Assembly (NCBI RefSeq): GCF_001194135.2
Contig: NC_068983.1
Location: 75,860,346 to 75,899,653, forward strand
Direction of reading: 5' to 3'
Origin: Octopus bimaculoides
Lineage: Eukaryota
Length of the DNA: 39,308 bases
Below the pieces are notes generated by a model, which searched no databases, was not told the origin of the DNA, and was given only the letters and a program-made list of their open reading frames with translations. This document shows positions 23,480 to 34,871 of the stretch, in pieces. Numbering within the stretch: position 1 is the first letter of the stretch; the number at the start of each line of letters is the position of its first letter. The position numbers and the translations under genes are program-made.

Positions 23480-24435
23480 ATGGTGGTGTGGTACTAGCAG
23501 TAGCGTTGGTGGTGGTAATGTTGGTGGTGATAATGTTGGTGGTAGTGTTGGTGGTGGTAGTGATAGTGTTGTTGGTGGTAGTGCTGGTGGTAGTGGTGGT
23601 GGTTAGTGGGAGCGGTAGTTATGGTTGGAATGGTGTTGGTAGTGGTAATATTTGTAGTTGTCTTTATGATAGTGATGGAAGTAGTGGTGGTGGTGGTAGT
23701 AGTGTTGGTGGTATTGTTGGTAGTGATAGTAGTGGTGATGGTAGTAGTTGTAGTAGGAGTAGTAGTGGTGGTAGTATTGGTGGTGATAGTGGTGGTGGTG
23801 GTAGTGTTGTTTTGGTAGTATTGGTGGTGGTAGTACTGGTGGTGGTAGTGTTAGTGGTGGTAGTTTTGGTAGTGGTAGTGTTGGTGGTAGTGTTAGTGGT
23901 GGTAGTATTGGTGGTGGTAGTGTTGTTTTGGTAGTGTTGGTGGTGGTAGTGATCGTGATGGTAGTGTTGTTGGTGGTAGTGGTGGTAGTAGTGGTGGTGG
24001 TAGTGTTGGTGATGGTAGTAGTTGTAGTAGGGATAGTAGTGGTGGTAGTATTGGTGGTGATAGTGGTGGTGGTGGTAGTGTTGATTTGGTAGTGTTGGTG
24101 GTGGTAGTAGTCGTGATGATAGTGTTGGTGGTGGTAGTGCTGGTGGTGGTAGTGTGGGTGGTGGTAGTGTTGGTGGTGGTAGTGTTGTTTTGGTAGTGAT
24201 CGTGATGGTAGTGTTGTTGATGGTAGTGTTGTTGGTGGTAGTGTTGTTGGTTGTAGTTTTGGTAGTGGTAGTGGTGGTGGTAGTATTGCTTTGGTAGTGT
24301 TAGTGATGGCAGTGGTCGTTGTGTTGGTCGTGGTAGTGTTAGTGGTGGTAGTGGTGGTGGTGGTAGTGTTGGTGGTGGTAGTGGTGCTGGTTGTATTTGT
24401 GGTGGTAGTGGTGATAGTAGTGGTGGTGCTAGTGA
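23480..24435. repeat. Long degenerate (GGT/AGT/GTT)n array with internal segmental duplications
   Basis: Direct reading; e.g. GGTAGTATTGGTGGTGATAGTGGTGGTGGTGGTAGTGTTG recurs near 23770 and 24044. Confidence 0.9.
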
Positions 24436-24787
24436 TGGTGACGGAAGCAACATCAACTGTGGTGCAGTAGATGATGAGATATGATGTTTGTCGAGCTGTT
24501 AGTGATTTCCTATGTTTGTAAGTAGACCCAGATTCGCTCGATACGTGCTTAGAGCAACAAAGGGTGATGACACCGTATAATATTTTCCGGTACTGGATTT
24601 GCCATGAAATAAAGCATAAATAATTGCTTCTATATAAGCGCAGGCATGGATGTGGAAGTTTGCTTCCAAACCACATGGCTCCAGGTTCAGTCCCACTGTG
24701 TGGCACCTTGGCCAGTGTCTTATATTATAGCCACGGGCTGAGTAAAAACTTGTGAGTGGATTTAGTAGACAAAAACTAAAAGAAACA

Positions 24788-24909
24788 CACTCACCGGTTT
24801 CCTCTCATTTACTTATTTATTTCTACAAAAATTTTTGTTGCGACTTGCAAGCTTTTCAATGAAAATTTTAGTACAAATAAATAAGTAAATGAGTGGAAAT
24901 CGGTGAGTG
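24788..24909. mobile_element. 122-bp near-perfect palindromic Tc1-type MITE
   Basis: Arms CACTCACCGGTTTCCTCTCATTTACTTATTTATTT / reverse complement with 2 mismatches; TA at the right flank, CA at the left. Confidence 0.8.
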
Positions 24910-25001
24910 TATTAAACTAATAAGACACTAAAAGAGACTGACTCTCCCCAGACACAATAAAATATGCTTCAGCACACGAATACACATTAAGAATCTTGCA
25001 G

Positions 25002-25044
<43 letters not shown>

Positions 25045-25051
<7 letters not shown>

Positions 25052-25265
25052 GTTGTTTCACATGAAATGTCGTATTTGAAAGGTAACAATAAAATGTTTC
25101 AGAAGTATTAGAGAACTAATTTATTTAATTAAAGTATGATCCATGTTCAGTTATGACCTTTACCCAACTTTTCGCTGTCATATATTCCATCTTTAAAAAA
25201 AATTCAACTTTTGCTGTGATAAACTGTCCGAATGCTTCAATTACCTCTTCTCTATTTAAGAATGT
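25045..25265 (-). mobile_element. Mariner 3' fragment (transposase C-terminus plus terminal region)
   Basis: Minus strand EEVIEAFGQFITAK..DGIY..SWVKVITEHGSYFN*. Confidence 0.65.
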
Positions 25266-25449
25266 TTTAGTGTGTTTGCGTTCCCGTTATCTAGCAGTTC
25301 GGCAAATGAGGCCGATAGAATAAGTGCTAAGTTTTAAAAAAGAATATTAAGTACTGGGGTGGATTCGTTCGACTAAAATTCTTTAGGGTGGTGCACCAGC
25401 ATGGACTGAAGCAACCAATAGATAAATGATAAAAAATTATTGTTCAAGC

Positions 25450-25819
25450 ACAAAACCAGCAGTTATGAGGGGAGGGTGGTTAGTTGATACTGGCGACAAT
25501 AGTACTTGACGAGTGTTGTATTTTATGGACTTTGCAGGGAAGAAAGGCAAAGCTAGCTTTAGCGGGATTTGAACTCAGCATGCAAAGAGCCAAAAGAAAT
25601 ATCTAGCAATTCCCTCAGCTTTCGCCCTAGAAATAGTAAATATTCTTTTCTACTCTAGGCACAAAACCCGAAATTTTTTGGGAGGGCGGGGGCAGTCGAT
25701 TGGATCGACCCCAGTACGCAACTGGTACTTAATTTATCGACCCCGAATGGATGAAAAGCAGACGAAATACCGCTAAGCATTTCGCTCGACGTACTAACGA
25801 TTCTGTTTGCTCGCCGCCT
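25450..25819 (-). mobile_element. Two tandem family-A-like SINEs (older 25450-25628, younger 25643-25819 with TSD)
   Basis: Younger copy matches 3861-4057 in reverse; CCTAGAAATAGTAAATA (25626-25642) and CCTAGAAATGGTAAATA (25817-25833) flank it. Confidence 0.75.
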
Positions 25820-26417
25820 AGAAATGGTAAATAATGATAATGAAATAAAGTTTTATTTAAATGAATAATAAAATGTTGAAAATCTGCATTTTTTGTCTTG
25901 ATCAATTTATTTTATTTAGAATAGCATTCTGTGCATCTTACTTAACATAGATATATTGTAGAAGGCACAATGCTGCGGTATTCCTTTTGAAAAAGCATCT
26001 CTTGAAATGAATTCCGCAGTATTGTAACTTTCTACAGTATATCTACGTTTAGTAAGATATACAGAATACTACTCTGAACTGATACTACTTACGTCGCGAA
26101 TAACGAATTGTTATTTAGTGCGGAAGAAAATTAAAAAAACAAGCAAAAAAAAACCCCTAAAAAAACAAGCAAAAACAAAAACGTTATATTTAATACACTT
26201 GTGGGGTCTGGTCGGGAAGAAAAATTTTAATCTATTATTTTACAAGCAACGCTTAAATGTTTTAATGTCTTGTCAGTTAAAGTACGGAAGAATCGATAGG
26301 ACACAATTGTTGGCATATGCTTAGGGTTTCAGTTGATCTTAATCGTACACTGGTTGTAAAGTTGTGGTAATGATGATGATAGTAATCGTGTTAATGGTAG
26401 TAGCGATGTTGTTTATG

Positions 26418-26998
26418 TGGTTATTTAGCTCCTAGTCAGTTCTATCTGAGCAAATCTATAACGGGCGACATTCCAGCCTTGATTATCTCGTGTTTTGGCA
26501 TATTCAGCTCAATATCTAGATGAACAAAATTTAAAGCAATGGATTGTCTGAAGCTGTAATGACAATAATGGCTATGACGACAACGACGACAGCAATGTTC
26601 AGGTTATGTTGTTTAGTCCAGGTACGTCATGAATAACCAAACCTATGATCATAAAGGATTCCAGTTACCACTATAAAATATTCCTCTTGGTCATTGCGCA
26701 TCTGAGAATATCTATTCGGAAGTGTCCGTCTTTATAAGGCAATAGACGGTAATCTGAGGGAAATTTAGATGCTAATTCTAGCAGGTTTAGTGGTCCAATA
26801 CAGCTTCTACGATGTCTTATTGTTGTTATTGTTATTGTTTAACCCTGACCAAGTAGAGAAATAACATCCAAAGAATTCCTACTATGACTATCCCGTCATT
26901 TTGTTCTGACGTAATGTATTTGGGTTTACCTTATCCGACGCACCCTTATAATTTAATGGAGATTTGACTGCTTTTTCTCGCTGGTCGAACAACCACTT
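26418..26998 (+). repeat. Three successive diverged copies of a ~200-bp dispersed repeat, each preceded by a trinucleotide tract
   Basis: Copies begin near 26418, 26604 and 26832 with TT(A/G)TTTA(G/A)C.C..; shared ATTCC and GATTT..TGCT..CTAGCAGGT motifs. Confidence 0.55.
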
Positions 26999-27482
26999 AA
27001 ATATTCCATCACTGGCTGGTTAAATGATATTCATTATTAATGGTGGCAATTTCAGAAGTGAAGCTGGTTGTGGCTGTGATCACAATGATAATGATCATTT
27101 TTTTCCCTCGCCTCTTCCTACTATTAAAATGAAGGAAGGACACATTACATAAAAATGACATCAACAAGGAAACATCATGGAAGTTTCTATGTAGAAGCTT
27201 AGCTGAATTTATCTTAGCTCAAGACAGCTGATCTTACCTTACCTTGCAGAGAAAATTCAAGATTAAAATATGTCTTTAAGCTGAGAAAACAAAGAAAAAG
27301 AACAATCATATCGAGAGCCGATATCCATGCATGCATGCATACATACATACACGTACGTATATATATATATATATATATATGTACATAATACATATACACA
27401 CACATACATACACATACATACATATACATAGACACACATGTGTATGTATATAGATAGATACTTGTACATATATATGTGCAAG

Positions 27483-27548
<66 letters not shown>

Positions 27549-28144
27549 CCTAAATGCATACACATGGGTGTATATGTATGTATGTGCGTGTATGCGTGTG
27601 CGTGTATATATGTATTATGTATANNNNNNNNNNNNNNNNNNNNNNNNNNNNNNNNNNNNNNNNNNNNNNNNNNNNNNNNNNNNNNNNNNNNNNNNNNNNN
27701 NNNNNNNNNNNNNNNNNNNNNNNNNNNNNNNNNNNNNNNNNNNNNNNNNNNNNNNNNNNNNNNNNNNNNNNNNNNNNNNNNNNNNNNNNNNNNNNNNNNN
27801 NNNNNNNNNNNNNNNNNNNNNNNNNNNNNNNNNNNNNNNNNNNNNNNNNNNNNNNNNNNNNNNNNNNNNNNNNNNNNNNNNNNNNNNNNNNNNNNNNNNN
27901 NNNNNNNNNNNNNNNNNNNNNNNNNNNNNNNNNNNNNNNNNNNNNNNNNNNNNNNNNNNNNNNNNNNNNNNNNNNNNNNNNNNNNNNNNNNNNNNNNNNN
28001 NNNNNNNNNNNNNNNNNNNNNNNNNNNNNNNNNNNNATATATATATATATATATATAGGTTATGAGCGATAGTGGTGTCAATTAGACCCAGAGGTTTCAG
28101 GCAATGCTGAGGAAGTGCTATGGATATTACCATCCTCTCACACC

Positions 28145-28192
28145 GTCTCCGATGAAGGGATATAACAAATATCCTGGAAACAGCTGTAAGAC
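28145..28192 (+). ncRNA. Minimal type I hammerhead ribozyme motif, probably from a PLE pseudo-LTR
   Basis: GTCT-CCGATGA-A-GGGATAT(AACAA)ATATCCT-G-GAAA-CAGCTG-TA-AGAC: helix I GTCT/AGAC, 7-bp helix II, palindromic ACAGCTGT helix III, GUA triplet; U4>C change in the core. Confidence 0.75.
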
Positions 28193-29349
28193 CTTCTATT
28201 TATAAATGTTCTGTATTATACACAGCCTTGGTTTTATATCTCATTACGAAAAGTAAATCCTTATATATATGTATTTTAGAAGTGAAGATCTTGAATTTAG
28301 GCACAACAGAGAAACACCTCTAATTGAATATGTAATTGTATTTCGTACAATGGTATCGATACAATAAGAGAGGAAAAAGCTGACAAGTAAAACATGAAAA
28401 AAAGCACCCCACCCATCAAAAGAGAGAAAAAATACAGTTCTAAAAGAACTGCACGCATACATACGTACCCCTCCATACACATTTTACCCAAAACTGTGTT
28501 CAGTTGTGCAGTGAAAGCACATTGTAGTAATAATCATATAAGATTTATAGTAATTTCTTTAAATGTCATCAGATAATAAATGACTTCACGGAAAAGAATA
28601 TATAAAACGAAAATAAATGAAAATATGGAGAAATTAAGATAACACTAAAATAAAAAAGAAAATTTGTATAAAACATCATCATGAAAAAATATACAAAATA
28701 TTTCGCCTTGATACGATGAAGTTGTGTTCAACCCAGATGACGTTTCGCTTCAATTAATGCTTCCTGTATTATAGCTTAGAATCTGAACTATATGTTTGAC
28801 TTATTCACTAATGGCAATCTAGTTTATTTCCACTTCAATTGAAATTTCCCCTCAGTATACGATTACCTTTCTTTTGTATAGCTTTTCACTTCAAGTTTTA
28901 GAAGTCAATAACTGTAGTATTGAAAAAGTAAGCTTCAGATGTGAAATCTTTCAAATCTGTGTCCTGTATAATTTCTATCGCAGCAGCTATCGCAAAATGG
29001 TCTATTACGAACGAAGACTGCTGAGATTATTTCAACACTTTGTATTGTTCTGTATGCAGATTGAAGTCTGGTGACAAGTTCTATGTTCAGAAATATTCTG
29101 GTCTTGACTATCACATCTTCTTTCCAGACAGAGATGGACAATATTCAGTTTGTCCTTTCATGTTTTAAAGCGTTAGAATGTTTTTTGCGGGAGATATGGT
29201 TGATATTTCTGCTAATCGGGTGACTATGTTGAAATTCTCTTGTTCGCTTGATGAAAAAACTGATATTGTCTTTACTATAACTTAACATTTTCTGTTCTCG
29301 CTCTGAAGATTTTTATTTACGAGACCGTGAGACAGATTTATCTTCATAT

Positions 29350-30090
29350 ATGACATGAAACTAAATGAATAGTTGAAGTAACAAACGGTAAGCCACGTTT
29401 CGAGCCTACGCTCTTCAGCAGAAAGAAATAAGAGAAAATAAACAGAGAGAGAATATTAAAAAAAAAAAACTTGTGGATTTAGCAGTCAAACATGGTGACT
29501 GATCAGAAAAAAGTTTGAAAGAAGAGGTTGAAAGAAGGGGAGATAATAAAATATTGATGATCCCAAACGAAGATGACGTGCATGTGTGTGTATGTGAGAA
29601 TGTGTAAGTGTATGTGTGGATAGGAGCTAGTATGTGTGTGGATAGGGAGGAAGTAGGTATCAGATGAAGAGAGGAGAGGAGGGGAGCCAGATGAAGAGAG
29701 GTGGGGAGTTGAGCCCATGTGGGGCAGAGGAGTGAAGAGAGAAAATTAATTCCTGTTCACGACGAAGGAGGGAGTCCAGATAGCCCCTGTGCAAAGACAG
29801 TCCGAACACAAACAGATGTTGTAGTGAATGACCGGTAGAGCGGAAATGGTGCCAGACTTGGGTATCATTGCTGAGTCTGATGTCTTCGAGGTGCTCTGCG
29901 AACCGGTCAACCAAGCGGCGTCCCGTTTGACCGATGTACAGAGAAGGGCAGAAAGAGCAGGAGATGCAGTAAATGACATTGTTAAAAGTGCAGGTAAAGG
30001 AGTCGGTGATATGATAGGGACGATGATGGGTACAGGTGAGGATGGTGGTGTTGGAGAGATAGGGGCAAGTACAGCAGAGTGGGTGAGGCA
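29350..30090 (-). mobile_element. Neptune-type PLE copy D: GIY-YIG region in an open frame, short 3' UTR and hammerhead-like motif
   Basis: ORF 29660-30094: CCTCPYL..FTCTFNNVIYCISCSFCPSLYIGQTGRRLVDRFAEH..VWHHFRSTGHSL..GLN. Confidence 0.95.
29391..29425 (-). ncRNA. Minimal hammerhead-like motif (degenerate), orthologous to 17498-17533
   Basis: Minus strand CTTT-CTGCTGA-A-GAGC(GTAG)GCTC-GAAA-CGT-G. Confidence 0.6.
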
Positions 30091-30854
30091 CCAAATCTGT
30101 CCAATATTTTCTGCACAGCTCGATGTTAGGTGAATAAAAAGCAAATAAATAGCAAGGATGTCCAGTTATCTGTGCATTACGGCCGTTTCAAGCGGCTCCA
30201 CTTAATCGACCAATGCAAACATTACATCAATTTGAAATAAATCGCTCTCCTCGGGTGCTTACGACCATATAGATTTCCAACATACAGGATACTTCATTGA
30301 AATATTTTCAGCAAATTTTTCATATATGTATATATATATTTTTTCCTGTCTTGGTTTGTGTTTGCCACCTTGGAATCCTCTGTGTAGTGGGTTGATCCAC
30401 TACTCAGGAAGAGACTATTCTCGAGTACGTTCTGTCTTATCTTCGAAACGTCTAGATAGAATAGAGACAGCTGATGAAGGGATATTCCAAGTGGCTTTCC
30501 GTTTTCCTATGTGTTCGTTCCATTGTCTGTAGTTTATTGTTCTAACGTCCTGTACCCTGATATGCATGTATATACACATGTAGATGTAAGTATGTACATA
30601 TATGTGTGTATACATGTATATATATTCTTTGTATTATTACATTATTGAACGCACACGTCCTTTTTTGCAAGTAAGNNNNNNNNNNNNNNNNNNNNNNNNN
30701 NNNNNNNNNNNNNNNNNNNNNNNNNNNNNNNNNNNNNNNNNNNNNNNNNNNNNNNNNNNNNNNNNNNNNNNNNNNNNNNNNNNNNNNNNNNNNNNNNNNN
30801 NNNNNNNNNNNNNNNNNNNNNNNNNNNNNNNNNNNNNNNNNNNNNNNNNNNNNN

Positions 30855-30890
<36 letters not shown>

Positions 30891-31457
30891 CCAGAAATTA
30901 TCAATGTATTGGTGTGTCAAACAAAAGTAACTTGCTGTATTTATTCAGTCTGAGTTACATCCAGTAACGCCTCAGTTGTTTTCGTCAGTCGATAAACAGA
31001 CATCGATACAATAAATCCAAACTACTGGGGTCAATAAAATCGACTAACAGTTATAAAGTAAGTGTTCTAGCATGACTAAAGTCAGACACAAGATACTAAA
31101 AGTACAAATGAATTAACATATCAGATATTGTTTTCTTGTATCTCAAAAAACCAAAAGCTACTTCTGCATTAGCATTGCCTATGAATAAAGCGAGCTCTAT
31201 GTGGTCGTTTTGGCTTACTAAAATAGTCGCCAAATCTACTTCAAACCCAACCATGCTGTCTTTAAACAATGCCTACATTATTGATAATAATGTCAAGTAT
31301 ACGCTATATCTGAATATATAAAGCGTTAAAATTGTGATGATGTTGGTCGATAAGTGATGAGGGGCGAACGATTCCATGCCAATTATGTATTTTTTCCTGT
31401 CTCCCATATGTTTCCTTGTCGTCCTACTCTGCTACATTTTACGATATATATACACAC

Positions 31458-31659
31458 CGTATCAGGACAATTACCCCTTAAGACAATTACCCCACCCTAG
31501 GTCAATTCCCCCGACAACAACTACCCCTATGACAATTGCCCCTCTTGGTTAATTACCCCTTCGCCAATATATTAAGAAGTTTTAAATCATCATCATCTCT
31601 TGTCCTCAGGGGTAATTGTCCTTGGGGGTTATTGTCCATGGGGCAAATGTCCTAGACTC
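31458..31659. mobile_element. ~200-bp foldback-like element with iterated GGACAATT(A/G)CCCC subterminal motifs in inverted orientation
   Basis: About six direct copies at 31465-31559 and three inverted copies at 31609-31652; ATACACAC on both flanks. Confidence 0.65.
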
Positions 31660-32269
31660 ATACACACATACATACGTACACACACACATGTATGTATGTT
31701 TATATATCTATATATATATATACATTTATAGATACGTACATATGTATATATATTTGATTTTATAATGATTTGTAGTATATTATGCATTTCTTGATAATTG
31801 TCACTTGTAACTTACGTTCAGTCGTATATCAAAAGTCTAATAAAAGGAGTAGTGCAAATACGATATATGTATACAGCTATGGTTTCGAATTCTGGATTTT
31901 GAAATATGTATTTTATATAGAGATTGAGCAGTACGACAATGGTTGGTACTTATTTAGATGTTATCAATTGTGAGCAGTACGCACGTTATTCGTAAGCTCA
32001 ACAACTAGAGACGGACGAAAATCTCCCCTTTTCCAGATTAACTTTATATCACATAAAATATATTCGATGCATATAAAACCAAGGTTTTAAATATTTTATT
32101 ATGAATTAGTCATATGATTTAAATATAAATATAAATTCGTCTTGCCTAACGTCTTTCTTGAAATTTTATTACAACCATTTTGAAAATGTGTAATTTTTTT
32201 TTTTTTTTACATGGAAATGAAAATATCTCTTCATGAAAAAATGGTTAAACGAAGACCACGCAGAAAATA

Positions 32270-33945
32270 ATAATGTTGAAGAAATACTTCATGCAGAATT
32301 TGGATGTAGTAACATGATTCAGCAAGTGAGAGAAATTGTTGAAACTGAACAATCCCACGAAAAAATAGAGAAGTCCATAAAATAATTTTTGCAATATGTA
32401 TTTATTTTTGACCTTAGGCATGAAGAACATCACCTAGTCTGCTTAATTTGTAATGAATATTTTGTCAACTGAAGTGTAAAGCATACTAAATGAAAAAAAA
32501 AACGACGTTTTGATACACTACATGAGTTCTCAGAAGGTAAATATTTACCGACGTTTTAAAAAATATTGCTGAAGATCAGCGTAAGAAGTCTCATACATAA
32601 TTACAAAAGCTATGCAGCCATACACAATTGGTGAAGAACCTGTGTTGCCAGAGGCATGCAGAGTCACAAAACTTATTCACGGAAAAATCTATGCGGGCGA
32701 TATACGAAAAATTCCAGCATCAAGTAAAAGAAATGTAAAACAATTGTAGAAATTACTAAGAAGCGATTTTTCAAGTTGCGATTTACTGGAACGAATCAAC
32801 AGGCAATACAAATGCGACTAGACAATTGATATTTTTCAAATATTCAGTGTGAGAACAATGTGCACAAGGATATACTGTTTTGTCGATCATTAGATGGATG
32901 AACAACAGACGAAGAATTTTAAAGTGAATCATATTTTAAAGTAGGTCTAGAAGGGAATGACTATACTGGTGTGTGTACTAATGACGCAGTAACAATGATA
33001 GGATAGAATTTCAAGCTAAAATTAAATCTGTAAACAATTTACTGCATTCTGTCATTGCATGATTCATCGAGAAGCATTAGTGGCTAAATAAACTTTCTTC
33101 AGAGATAAGTGCGGTAATACGAGATGCAGTCAGCATTATTAACTTTATTAAAAGTCGGGCATGGAATAGGGGTCTATTCAATGCAACACTTTGATTTAAT
33201 TATTTGTAAATCTATGTCAGGCTATCGGATATGAGCTCAGTAAACTTTTACTACATAAAAAGTGCGAAAGATGTGACAAAGACGATCTTTCAGACTTTAA
33301 AGTAAACTTAAAAAAATAACCGAATGTTTTCATTGGAGAAAGAACTCACACTTTGCATAATTTTTTTCAGGAGGAAAGCTGGCTTTGCAAATTCTGCTAT
33401 TCCTCAAACCTAGTTACAACTCAAGAAAAGAACTTAATATATTTCTGCAAGTAAAATTGAATCCTTTCCCCATCCGTATAAAACCTCTATGAAAATATGC
33501 AATATAAATTAAATTGATTTAATTAATTTGAAAAAAAATTGAAATGTTTTCATGTAATATATTACATTGTCTGCGAAACTAATTTGACTATTAATTCGAT
33601 TAAGTAGATCATAGTCGAGCATTTTTGGTATATATGGAAAAACAATTAAAAATTTGGAAAATATTTTCTATTAAGCCTAGTCAATTATAAATTACATAAG
33701 GTCAAAACACCATTTATTTTAGTAATAGAAAAGGTGAAACATCTTTCTTTGAAGGCTGAACAAGTCATTTGATTCGAAACTTGAATTTTCAAAAACAGAC
33801 TTGCGCGTGTGTTGATAGTATTGGAAAACAGAATTTCAAATGCTGTTTAAATTATCAATGGCTGCTTTTCTCATGTGCTTCCATAAAATTTATGTGAATC
33901 TGCACTTATAGCTTTAATGGCAATAAAGACAAAATAATGCACAAA
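32270..33945 (+). mobile_element. Degenerate hAT (Buster/Charlie; ZBED5/ZBED8/SCAND3-like) transposase
   Basis: CLICNE; AMQPYTIGEE.VLP; ESTG; DILFCRSL; HCMIHREALVAK; INFIKSR; LCES...LMAIKTK. Many stops and frameshifts; TIRs not found. Confidence 0.88.
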
Positions 33946-34409
33946 CATTAAAATATGGAAATTCCCGCAAGAAAACTCACAAATACCCGCAAATTTTGCT
34001 GTGTTGTGCTGAAAACAGCAAATACATCCATCCCACTGAAAATATTAAAATAATATATCTCTTGGATCTTTTCGGTATGAAACAACCATGCCAATTTTAT
34101 TGAAACTCCTATTATGAAAACCATAACCATTTTTGAAAAATTAATAATACAAAAAGTTAAGAACTTTTAAGATTGAAATTTTTGAAATTTTTAGCCTCTC
34201 CGATCCATTTATTCGTCCTGGTGATGCTATGGAAAGAATTATGTTTTTGTTTCCGAGATGCAATGTTACGAAAATCTCAGCAATTATCATTTTTAAAGAA
34301 ATTAATAAGGAAAATGCTTGAAGACATTTAAATATGAAAATAAATAAGAGAAAATAGAAGAAAATAACAAGTTAACAGTTACAAAGAAAATTTGCGATGT
34401 ACTGCAGAA

Positions 34410-34526
34410 CTTAACCCTAAATCTAACACTAACTTTAAACCTAATCTTAAGCTCTATCCTTAAGCCATTAATCCTAACCCTAAACCCAAAATTTAATCCT
34501 AACTCTAACCCTGACACTAAGCCTAA
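34410..34526. repeat. Degenerate (TAACCC)n-like interstitial tract
   Basis: About 6-bp periodic TAACCC/TAAACC/TAATCC variants. Confidence 0.6.
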
Positions 34527-34796
34527 AATGTTTTCAGTTAGATGCTATGTGAACATATGGCAATTACCAACGTTTGCTTGTTGGGGTATCGAGAATGGGT
34601 ATCTGTAGCTACGGATTTGTAAATCTTGTACTACAAGTATTAGTTTATGAATGATCGAATATTGGAACCCTAATTCAACATCGAATAGAACGTCTAAATA
34701 ATCTATCTATTTGTCTGTCTATCTATCTGTCTGTCTGTCTATCTATCTGTATTATGTCTGTCTGTCTCTCTGTCTGTCTATATGTCCGTCTGTCTA

Positions 34797-34871
<75 letters not shown>

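Larger units (their letters stand above)
24638..25415 (+). mobile_element. SINE family B split into a head (24638-24786) and tail (25270-25415) by intervening insertions
   Basis: Head GGTTCAGTCCCACTGTGTGGCACCTTGG; tail GGCCGATAGAATAAGT..AGTACTGGGG..CGACTAAA..CCAGCATGG. Confidence 0.75.

Noticed and set aside
24440-24592. Minus-strand YRKILYGVITLCC..., resembling GPCR helix 8 with palmitoylation cysteines, after a CAG acceptor
   Set aside because: No TM7/NPxxY exon was found upstream in the window, and the frame runs straight into a microsatellite; the resemblance is too short to support.
21016-24706. Long Thr-rich mucin-like, Val-rich and Gly-rich ORFs
   Set aside because: They are translations of trinucleotide arrays and N gaps, open in several frames on both strands.
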